From positions 896,001-960,000 of the forward strand of contig CAWHIJ010000003.1 in the NCBI GenBank assembly GCA_963829525.1: DNA of 64,000 bases. The letters are read 5' to 3'. Below, piece by piece: positions 56,900 through 64,000 of this stretch. The stretch's first letter is position 1, and each line of letters opens with the position of its first letter. The notes below the pieces were generated by a model. That model saw nothing but the letters and a program-made list of their open reading frames with translations. It had not been told where the DNA came from and did no database searches. Source of the DNA: an uncultured Actinomycetota bacterium. Lineage in GTDB: Bacteria > Actinomycetota > Actinomycetes > JAHEKZ01. The position numbers were made by a program, and so were the translations under genes.

Positions 56900-58996
56900 A
56901 TGACCACCGCTTCGCTCGCCGACATCCTCGGCGCGCTCGATCCTGAGCAGCACGCGGTGGCCACTACACCCAGGGGTCCGGTCTGTGTGCTTGCCGGCGC
57001 CGGCACGGGTAAGACCCGGGCACTCACCCACCGGATCGCGGCGCTTGTCGTCAGCGACCAGGTGGATCCTCGCGAGGTGCTGGCCCTCACCTTTACCGCC
57101 AGGGCGGCGGGAGAGCTTCGCGGACGACTTCGCACACTCGGTGTCGATGGCGTCCAAGCGCGCACTTTCCACGCCGCCGCGCTCCGGCAGTTGCGCTACT
57201 TCTGGCCATCAGTCGTCGGCGGAGCCCCACCCAACGTGCTCCCCGCGAAAGCACCTCTGATCAGCGAGGCTGCCGCTCGCCTCCGGGTCCGCGCCGACGG
57301 CACGGTGATCCGCGACATCGCTGCCGAGATCGAGTGGGCCAAGGTTTCACAGATCACACCCGAGGACTATCCCTCGCGCAGCCGCGCGGCAGCCCGCGGT
57401 GGAGTCAGCGATCTCGACGCCGAGGTTGTGGCGCGTGTGTACGCCGGGTACGAGACGGTCAAGCGCGACCGCGGTTTCATCGACTTCGAAGATGTTCTGC
57501 TGCTGGCCGCAGGAATGATTGAAGACGACTCGGCCATGGCGGCGGCTGTGCGCGAGCAGTACCGGTGTCTGCTCGTCGACGAGTACCAAGACGTCAGCCC
57601 CATCCAGCAACGCCTGCTCGACCTTTGGCTCGCCGACCGTGACGACCTCACAGTCGTCGGCGATGCGAACCAGACCATCTACTCGTTCGCAGGTGCTTCC
57701 CCCAGCTATCTTCTGGGCTTCCGCAAGCGGTTCCCCGCATCAGCTGTGATTCGCCTCGAGCGCAGCTACCGGTCGACACCCCAGGTGGTCGCCACCGCCA
57801 ACCGGCTGCTTGCCACGTCACCAGCTGCCGAACCAGAGGCCCGTGTCGTGCTGAAGGCGCTGCGGCCGAGCGGCCCAGAGCCTCAGTGGCTGGTGGCAGC
57901 AGACGAAGCCGCCGAGGTTGCTGCCGTGGTGCAGCACATCAGGTCCTTGATCGATGCTGGTGTCGAACAGCGAGAGGTCGCGATCCTTTACCGGATCAAT
58001 GCCCAGAGTGCGGCATACGAAGAGGCGTTGACCGAGGCGAACTTGCCGTACACGGTCCGTGGGGGCGAGCGTTTCTTTGACCGCAAGGAAGTGCGTGAGG
58101 CGGTTGCCTTGCTGCGCGGCGCGGCACACGCCGATGGCACCACCACGCCGGGTGGGCTCGCCGATCAGGTCGGGGTGGTCCTGGGTTCAGCTGGCTACCG
58201 TCCCGCTCCGCCGCCTGGCCCGAGCAAGGCACGCGACCGCTGGGAGTCGTGGGCGGCCATCGTCGAGGTAGCCCGCCAGATTCAGCTGCGTGCCGAGGAC
58301 GCCAACCTCGGCGATCTCGTCGAAGAGCTGCAGCACCGGGCGAACACCCAACACGCGCCGGCCAGTGACGGAGTCACGTTGTCCTCGCTGCATGCGGCGA
58401 AAGGCCTTGAGTGGGATGCGGTCTTCTTGGTTGGGCTCACCGAGGGAATGATGCCGATCACCTACGCCACCACGCCCGAGCAAGTGGCCGAAGAACGCCG
58501 CCTCCTCTACGTCGGCATCACCAGGGCGCGCAGGCACCTCGCCTTCTCCTACGGGCGAAGCAGATCTCCTGGCGACCGCCGCACCAGGTCACCATCGCCG
58601 TTCCTGGCCACCCTCGACCCTCGGTTCGCGCCGGATGAGGCTCGCCCTGCAGCTCGCTCATCACGGTCGGCCCGCTCGGCGTCCTGTCGCGGGTGTGGCC
58701 GGGCTTTGACGACGGCCGCTGAGCGCAAGCTGCGGCACTGCTCGCACTGCGAGGTGCACGTTGATCTGGTCCTCTTCGAACGGCTTCGCGAGTGGCGTAA
58801 ACAGACGGCTGAGGCGGCCTCGGTGCCGGCGTTCGTCGTGTTCACCGACGCCACACTGACCGCGATCGCCGCTGATCGTCCGACGACAGCGACCGCGCTG
58901 CTGCAGATCCCTGGGATCGGTCAGGTGAAGGTTGACCGCTACGGAGACGCCCTCCTCAGCGTCGTCCAGTCATCTCCGGACGACTCGCCGGAATAA
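56900..58996 (+). CDS. uvrD2: ATP-dependent DNA helicase UvrD2
   Basis: AGAGTGKT, DEYQD, HAAKGLEW, tetracysteine CRGC/CSHC, C-terminal HRDC. Confidence 0.93.
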   Translation: MTTASLADILGALDPEQHAVATTPRGPVCVLAGAGTGKTRALTHRIAALVVSDQVDPREVLALTFTARAAGELRGRLRTLGVDGVQARTFHAAALRQLRYFWPSVVGGAPPNVLPAKAPLISEAAARLRVRADGTVIRDIAAEIEWAKVSQITPEDYPSRSRAAARGGVSDLDAEVVARVYAGYETVKRDRGFIDFEDVLLLAAGMIEDDSAMAAAVREQYRCLLVDEYQDVSPIQQRLLDLWLADRDDLTVVGDANQTIYSFAGASPSYLLGFRKRFPASAVIRLERSYRSTPQVVATANRLLATSPAAEPEARVVLKALRPSGPEPQWLVAADEAAEVAAVVQHIRSLIDAGVEQREVAILYRINAQSAAYEEALTEANLPYTVRGGERFFDRKEVREAVALLRGAAHADGTTTPGGLADQVGVVLGSAGYRPAPPPGPSKARDRWESWAAIVEVARQIQLRAEDANLGDLVEELQHRANTQHAPASDGVTLSSLHAAKGLEWDAVFLVGLTEGMMPITYATTPEQVAEERRLLYVGITRARRHLAFSYGRSRSPGDRRTRSPSPFLATLDPRFAPDEARPAARSSRSARSASCRGCGRALTTAAERKLRHCSHCEVHVDLVLFERLREWRKQTAEAASVPAFVVFTDATLTAIAADRPTTATALLQIPGIGQVKVDRYGDALLSVVQSSPDDSPE

Positions 58997-59031
58997 ATCA
59001 CTTGCCTGACGTGCTAGTGGTCTCGTAACCT
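58992..59031 (+). promoter_or_regulatory. whiB7 promoter with AT-rich WhiB7 site
   Basis: AATAAAT 58992-58998, -35 TTGCCT 59002-59007, 18-nt spacer, -10 TAACCT 59026-59031. Confidence 0.75.
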
Positions 59032-59107
59032 TCCCGAGACGCCGACGCGACGTCCGACCACAGATCGAGTGGTCGCGCCCGGCCCGTGAGAGAGGAGGTG
59101 GCTAGCA

Positions 59108-59239
59108 ATGTTCTACGACAAGACGCGCTGTGACGTGTCGCCGTCGGCTGCGGCCACCTTCGTGTCCGCGGCTGACGTGCGCGCGCAGGGCGCAGCTGGC
59201 GTCTTCGATGGTTCTTCCGCCTGGAGTCCACCTCAGTAG
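59108..59239 (+). CDS. whiB7 leader peptide (43-aa uORF; not in the ORF track)
   Basis: SD AGGAGG; MFYDKTRCDVSPSAAATFVSAADVRAQGAAGVFDGSSAWSPPQ. Confidence 0.75.
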   Translation: MFYDKTRCDVSPSAAATFVSAADVRAQGAAGVFDGSSAWSPPQ

Positions 59240-59260
59240 AAATCAACTGGGATCACTCCA

Positions 59261-59302
59261 GGCCACGGAACCGAAGACCTCGGATTCGTGGCCCTTTTCT
59301 TT
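59261..59302 (+). terminator. Intrinsic terminator (attenuator) in the whiB7 leader
   Basis: ggccacggaaccga / tcggattcgtggcc stem followed by cttttcttt. Confidence 0.85.
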
Positions 59303-59373
59303 GTCCAAAACCGGTACAGCGTCTGCCCAACGGCAGAGCAAATGCCCCACACCACAACAGGAGGTGACCCGCA

Positions 59374-59700
59374 ATGACTGTCATGCCGACGATCTCGGAC
59401 CTTCTCGACGCGGGGACTCCGGGCACAGTCCTTCCTGCTCACGAGCAGTGGGCCGCCGACTCGCGGTGGTCCATTCCGTGCCACGAGGAGGACCCGGAGC
59501 TCTGGTTCGCCGACACACCCACTGGAGTCGAGACTGCCAAGGCTCTGTGCCGCGGATGTCCCCTGCAGAGGGAGTGTCTGGCCGGTGCCACGAAGCGGTC
59601 GGAGCCCTGGGGAGTCTGGGGCGGCGAGCTCTTCGAGCACGGTGTCGTGGTCCCGCGCAAGCGTCCGCGTGGCCGCCCGCGCAAATCCGAGGTCGCCTGA
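59374..59700 (+). CDS. whiB7: WhiB7/WblC transcriptional activator
   Basis: Four Cys, EPWGVWGGE, AT-hook RKRPRGRPRK; SD ggaggt. Confidence 0.93.
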   Translation: MTVMPTISDLLDAGTPGTVLPAHEQWAADSRWSIPCHEEDPELWFADTPTGVETAKALCRGCPLQRECLAGATKRSEPWGVWGGELFEHGVVVPRKRPRGRPRKSEVA

Positions 59701-59746
59701 TTGACGACCTCGTTCCCATCGAACTCAACTTCAGGGAGTACCCATC

Positions 59747-59929
59747 ATGTTCTTACAAGAAGATCTCGCTCGGGCTCGACATGAGCATGAGCTTCGCGAC
59801 AGCGAACAGCTGATCCGCATTCGCCGTCTCGCGGTGGCTCGCCGCGCGCGCCGCCGCGCTGAGCGCACCGCATGTGTGGCCAGGGAGGCGGCACTGCAGG
59901 CATCACTGGCTCACGCGAGCCTGATGTGA
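59747..59929 (+). CDS. Small basic protein downstream of whiB7
   Basis: SD gggag; 60 aa, Arg/Ala-rich helical; followed by a hairpin. Confidence 0.7.
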   Translation: MFLQEDLARARHEHELRDSEQLIRIRRLAVARRARRRAERTACVAREAALQASLAHASLM

Positions 59930-59949
59930 GCGGGCGTGTGGCCCCAGCC

Positions 59950-59985
59950 GAAGGGGAGGAACACCGAACGGTGCTCCTCCCCTTC
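59950..59985. terminator. Hairpin between convergent genes
   Basis: gaaggggaggaacaccg / cggtgctcctccccttc. Confidence 0.8.
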
Positions 59986-60015
59986 TCGCATGTGTCGGCC
60001 CCATCGAGCCCGCGA

Positions 60016-61326
60016 CTAGGTTCGGTCAGCGAACCCTGGCAGCAGTCGTTCGCACTCTGCGCGAAACGGTGCGGTGCTGCCGAGCTGACACAGCACCCCC
60101 ATGACTCCGAGCGTGACGCGGTGGATGAGGAGGTAGGACGGCGGCAGGTTGAGTTTCATTCCCGTTGTGGCTTTGCGGAGATCGGCCAGACGAAGCGCCT
60201 CGCTCCGTAGCCACGCGCGTTCGAAGGAGAACTCTTCATGGCGCAGGGGCTCAAGCAGTGGGACGAGATAGCTCAGCAGTTCGTCAGCATCGATGGTGAC
60301 TGAGTCGCGCACGAAACCTTCGCGACGTAGTCCGTCCAGGACACCGTCGGCATCTCCGTCGATGGCGCGACGCGCAAGAACGCCGATAGAACGTGGAAGC
60401 CCGCGAGGGAGTCGGTCAACAGCGCCGAAGTCAAGAATGGCGAGACGCCCGTCATCGAGCAGCCGGAAGTTCCCAGGGTGTGGGTCGGCATGAAGAAGGT
60501 GTGCGCGTGCCGGGCCGGTGAAGAGGAGCCGAGCAAGCAGCAGTCCCGCGCGGTCGCGTTCAGGCTGCGCACCTGACTCGATGATCTGGCGAACGGGGGT
60601 TCCGTCGACCCACTCGGTTACTAGAACTTCATCGGAGGCGAACACGACCTCGGGAACCATAAAGTCCTCGTCATCGCCGAAGGCCTTCCGAAAGGCTCGC
60701 TGAGAGCGAGCCTCGCGTCGGTAGTCGAGCTCCTCGTGCATTCTCCGCTGCAGTTCGTCGACGAGCGGCGCCATGTCCATTCCCGGCGAGAGCGGACCCA
60801 TCATCCGCATCATCCGGCCAATCTGCGCGAGGTCGGACCGAAGCGCGGGGCCAGCACCTGGGTACTGGATCTTGACCGCGACGGGGCGGCCGTCGCGCCA
60901 CACGCCTCGGTGGACCTGACCGATCGACGCCGCAGCCGCGTGGGTGTCGTCGAACTCCAGGAACCGTGCGCGCCAGCGCGGGCCGATCTGCGCGGCCAGG
61001 ACCGTGTGAACGCGGTCAGGTGGGAGTGCCGGTGCGGCGTCCTGCAGCTTGGCCAAGGAAGCGCGGTAAGGGGCAGCCAGCTCCTCAGGGATTGCCGCCT
61101 CGAAAACCGACATCGCCTGGCCCACTTTCATCGCACCGCCCTTCAGTTCACCGAGGACTCGGAACATGTGCTCAGCGGTGCGTAGCTGAACCTCTGCGGC
61201 GACGGCTTCGGCAGGCTTGCCCCCGACACGCTTCCCCACCCCGAGGGCAGTTCGTCCCGCGAATCCCAGAGGGAGCGCGGCAAGCTTGGCGCTGCGGGTC
61301 ACCGCGCGGCGGGGAAGGTCGGTCAT
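60016..61326 (-). CDS. ABC1/UbiB/AarF family atypical kinase
   Basis: KGGAMKVGQ, AAASIGQVH, VAVKIQYPG, HADPHPGNF, LDFG. Confidence 0.93.
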   Translation of the reverse strand: MTDLPRRAVTRSAKLAALPLGFAGRTALGVGKRVGGKPAEAVAAEVQLRTAEHMFRVLGELKGGAMKVGQAMSVFEAAIPEELAAPYRASLAKLQDAAPALPPDRVHTVLAAQIGPRWRARFLEFDDTHAAAASIGQVHRGVWRDGRPVAVKIQYPGAGPALRSDLAQIGRMMRMMGPLSPGMDMAPLVDELQRRMHEELDYRREARSQRAFRKAFGDDEDFMVPEVVFASDEVLVTEWVDGTPVRQIIESGAQPERDRAGLLLARLLFTGPARAHLLHADPHPGNFRLLDDGRLAILDFGAVDRLPRGLPRSIGVLARRAIDGDADGVLDGLRREGFVRDSVTIDADELLSYLVPLLEPLRHEEFSFERAWLRSEALRLADLRKATTGMKLNLPPSYLLIHRVTLGVMGVLCQLGSTAPFRAECERLLPGFADRT

Positions 61327-62375
61327 CCACCCATTGTCAGGGGTTGGTTCGACTCTGGCCACGCGCAGCCGCACTCAGGGTGTTGGACGAGGTGGCGAAG
61401 CGTTGTGGCGGCGTGCGGGGCCGCTACCTCGACGAAACCGCCGATCGACGGCGGGTGTCCTCCCGAGAGCCAGTCCAGTACATGTGTCGCCGCAATCTGG
61501 GCGGTGATCGCGATGAGTGTTGCGTCGGCGTCGGGAGTCGGGTGGGAGCACTGTTGTCGCCAAACTTGGGGCCAGCCATCGTCGACGTCACGGCGCGCCA
61601 GCTCGAGGCAGAACTGGCAAGGGGACTGACCAGGTCGGACGAGAGGACCGACCCGTCCGATCAGCTCATGGCACGACACCACGAGGTGAGCAGTTCCGTC
61701 GGCAGCCAGAGATCGGCATCGATGGTGGGTTTCGACCGCATCGGTGACGACAACCAGCTGCCGGTCCACGTGGTTGGACGGGGTCCCGCTGCTCCACTCG
61801 GCGTGGGCCAGCAGAAGATCCGCGCGACGCCCGCCCACGTCGCTCGGGGCGAAGCCACCAAGGGATACATCAGCAGACGTGACGCGTCGGGAATCGTCGA
61901 GCTCGACGCGCGCAACCCCAGCCGCGGCCAGCGAGTGTCCGAGGACGGCCCCGAGCCTGCTGACGCCAACAACCGTCACCCGTGATCGGTTGAGGGCGTC
62001 CCAGCGAGCAGCGGGCTCCCGACGCCACCGCTCGAGTGCGCTAGTGGCTCTGACATCTGGCTCAAGACGTTCCCGGAGACCGCTCGCGAGTGGCAGGCGC
62101 CCCGGCCAGTGACCGCCATCGACCAGGACGCCGAGATCGGCCAGGTGAGCCAACACGGCGGCTGAGTCAGCGCCGTTGGTGGCATCATCTCCGTCAGCGA
62201 CGAGCTGGGCGACGAGCTCTTGCTCAGTGCGGACGCCGTCGAGCTCGGCCAGAAGCCGACGTCCGACTGACGGGAGGCCGGCGACGATGAGTGGCTGCGG
62301 TACGTCGATGCCGAACTGCACGGTGTCTGGTGACCGCCAGGCCCAGCGCAGGCCTGGGCAGAGCATGGGTCGCAC
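61323..62375 (-). CDS. ThiF-like/TOMM leader-binding domain protein
   Basis: VVGVSRLG, VGPLVRPGQSPCQFC, HPECGC; GTG at 62375 with SD ggag. Confidence 0.75.
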   Translation of the reverse strand: MRPMLCPGLRWAWRSPDTVQFGIDVPQPLIVAGLPSVGRRLLAELDGVRTEQELVAQLVADGDDATNGADSAAVLAHLADLGVLVDGGHWPGRLPLASGLRERLEPDVRATSALERWRREPAARWDALNRSRVTVVGVSRLGAVLGHSLAAAGVARVELDDSRRVTSADVSLGGFAPSDVGGRRADLLLAHAEWSSGTPSNHVDRQLVVVTDAVETHHRCRSLAADGTAHLVVSCHELIGRVGPLVRPGQSPCQFCLELARRDVDDGWPQVWRQQCSHPTPDADATLIAITAQIAATHVLDWLSGGHPPSIGGFVEVAAPHAATTLRHLVQHPECGCAWPESNQPLTMGG

Positions 62376-62471
62376 GCGGATCTCCCAACGGCCGAGATTG
62401 GCAAAGCCGCAGGGTGGCACGACAGCGCCCGGCGCGGGCGCGATTCACAGGAGTGGGACCGGATGGGGACG

Positions 62472-62509
62472 GACAAAGCGCCCCCCGGAGAACCGGAGGA
62501 CGCTCTGTC
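62472..62509 (-). terminator. Terminator hairpin after the DUF5679-like gene
   Basis: Minus-strand gacagagcg-tcctccgg / ccgggggg-cgctttgtc. Confidence 0.6.
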
Positions 62510-62541
62510 GCCGTGTCGGGGAAGGGTAAGGCGGGAAGGCT

Positions 62542-62697
62542 TCAGGCCTTACCGAGGATGCGGTTCAGCTTGGTGCCGCAGACCGGGCAGATGCCCTTGG
62601 CCATCCGGCGGCCGTTGGTCTCGTGCACTTCGCCGGTGAAATCGCGCTTTTCCTTGCACTTCACGCAGTAGGCGTCGCCGGTGTAGCTCTCGGCCAT
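62542..62697 (-). CDS. DUF5679-like small zinc-ribbon protein
   Basis: AYCVKCKEKR...GICPVCGTKLNRILGK; SD ggagg. Confidence 0.88.
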   Translation of the reverse strand: MAESYTGDAYCVKCKEKRDFTGEVHETNGRRMAKGICPVCGTKLNRILGKA

Positions 62698-62818
62698 CGT
62701 GGAGTCCTCCTGCTCGTCGTCGGAACGGCTGGTCCGCTCCGGGGCCACGGAGGCCGTGGCCGATGAACCGCACTCTACGTCAGGAGGGCGTCAGGAGCCG
62801 GGATCGGCGCGACCAGCC

Positions 62819-63150
62819 TTACCCACAGGTTATCCACAGGATCGAGGGGTCGGCGATACACGAAGCCCCCGGGTCGCGTTGTGCGGCGCTCGCCTTCCCC
62901 TTGCGAGCGCCGCACCCGTTATCCCGGGGGCTTCGACGCGGGAGAACGTAGAACGTCCGGTGCAGGCACGTCAACGTCGCGCGGCCCTCGCCTGTGGACC
63001 GACTTGGGGATGACCTGGGGACAGGGCGGCGTGTTGCTGTGGACGACAGGGGAACATCCTGGGGACGGAAATCGAATTAGTCAGCCGGGCCGCCGTTGAC
63101 CTGCGGTGATGTGGTCCCAAGGGTGTGGACGAAAAATACTTTGTGGGACA
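62819..63150. promoter_or_regulatory. DnaA-box cluster
   Basis: Perfect TTATCCACA 62830-62838, TTACCCACA 62819; inverted degenerate boxes at 62993, 63005, 63016, 63038, 63060 and 63124. Confidence 0.7.
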
Positions 63151-63169
63151 CGCCGTCTACGGTGGCGTC

Positions 63170-63706
63170 ATGAGCTTCTCAGCGGCCTCCGCCGGCCCTC
63201 CCGACGTCGAGGTCCGGCGCAGTCCTCGGCGCCGGCGCACCGTCTCGGCCTACCGCGAGGGCGAGCGCACGATCGTGTTGCTGCCCGCCCGAATGTCGGC
63301 TGCTGAGGAGCAGCAGTGGGTGACCACGATGCTCGAACGGCTCGAAGCGCAAGAGCGACGCAGCAAGCCGTCCGATGACGAGCTGTGGGTGCGCGCTCAG
63401 CGCCTTTCATCTCGCTATCTCGACGGCAGGGCACGTCCGGGCAGTGTCCGGTGGGTGTCGAACCAGCGGTCCCGTTGGGGCTCCTGCACAGTGCAGGATG
63501 CCTCCATCCGGCTCTCCGATCGTCTTCAGGGCATGCCGGAGTGGGTCATCGACTACGTCCTGCTACATGAGTTGGCGCACTTGCTCGAGCATTCCCACGG
63601 TCCGCGCTTCTGGGCGCTCCTGGAAGGCTATTCAGATCTCGAGCGAGCCCGTGGGTTCCTCGACGGGTGGTCGCTGGCCCTGCAGCGCGCAGGCGTCTCG
63701 CTCTAG
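63170..63706 (+). CDS. M48/YgjP-like (DUF45) metallopeptidase family protein
   Basis: VEVRRSPRRRRTVSAYREG, RWGSCT, YVLLHELAH. Confidence 0.9.
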   Translation: MSFSAASAGPPDVEVRRSPRRRRTVSAYREGERTIVLLPARMSAAEEQQWVTTMLERLEAQERRSKPSDDELWVRAQRLSSRYLDGRARPGSVRWVSNQRSRWGSCTVQDASIRLSDRLQGMPEWVIDYVLLHELAHLLEHSHGPRFWALLEGYSDLERARGFLDGWSLALQRAGVSL

Positions 63707-64000
63707 CGCCTCCGCGCGTCCGCTCCGTGGGCCATCGCGTAGGCGACGAGCTGACGCACCGCGTCATCGGTCTGACTGGGTAGATCGTCAGGGGTGAACC
63801 ACTGCACATCGAGTGACTCGCTGCTGACGGTGGGTTCGGCGCCAGCGGGTGCGACCGCCAGGTACTGCACATCGAGGTGGTGACGGGCGTTGACGTCGCA
63901 GGGAGCAGCGTGCCGGTCCAGGCGCACCGGCTCCGAACCCATCAGTCTCAGTGCTTCGATCCCCGACTCTTCCCTGGCCTCGCGCAGGGCAGCGCTGGCA
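63703..64000 (-). CDS. NUDIX hydrolase (partial, C-terminus)
   Basis: AALREAREESG Nudix box at the window edge; HLDVQY, ESLDVQWF. Confidence 0.85.
   Translation of the reverse strand, partial: ASAALREAREESGIEALRLMGSEPVRLDRHAAPCDVNARHHLDVQYLAVAPAGAEPTVSSESLDVQWFTPDDLPSQTDDAVRQLVAYAMAHGADARRR

Noticed and set aside
49353-58996. Helicase-nuclease cluster as an anti-phage defence island
   Set aside because: Matches the housekeeping adnA-adnB-nudC-mrx1-uvrD2 arrangement
61323-62697. TOMM/RiPP biosynthetic cluster with the Cys-containing peptide as precursor
   Set aside because: No YcaO, dehydrogenase or transporter; the small protein is a CxxC zinc ribbon; this is a conserved core neighbourhood next to the ABC1 kinase
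62819-63150. Chromosomal origin (oriC)
   Set aside because: No dnaA/dnaN flanking and no clear AT-rich unwinding element

Overview
High-GC actinobacterial (Actinomycetia-like) chromosomal segment with no rRNA, tRNA, CRISPR array, transposase, integrase or phage gene recognised. Most of it is two conserved core blocks. The left block is pgi, fdxA-dapC, dapD/dapE, LOG, folP, DUF3117, O-methyltransferase, htrA, tatB, mrp and mgtE-N. The right block is parA, a DEAD-box helicase, DUF3107, TetR, moeZ, adnAB, nudC, mrx1, uvrD2, whiB7, an ABC1 kinase and an M48 peptidase. Between them (about 23.7-35.9 kb) is an accessory region. It holds lower ethylmalonyl-CoA-pathway-like genes (CitE-type lyase, acyl-CoA dehydrogenase, MaoC hydratase), a heavily frameshifted 3.7-kb stretch (FlgD-Ig secreted protein, lysA paralogue, hydrolase), and a corrinoid protein-MetF-RACE-DUF1638 methyl-transfer operon. 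That operon is the best candidate for a poorly described system, and its first gene has an odd, flipping strand skew. Non-coding signals read directly from the sequence include a TPP riboswitch, a complete whiB7 attenuator (uORF, antiterminator, terminator), a helically phased DnaA-box cluster away from dnaA, three 15-bp-periodic operators at yceI, two back-to-back leaderless bidirectional promoters, three genes that appear to need non-canonical start codons (ATC, CTG, CTG) and a C6-loop sRNA candidate. All product calls come from motif and family recognition by eye; no database searches were run.
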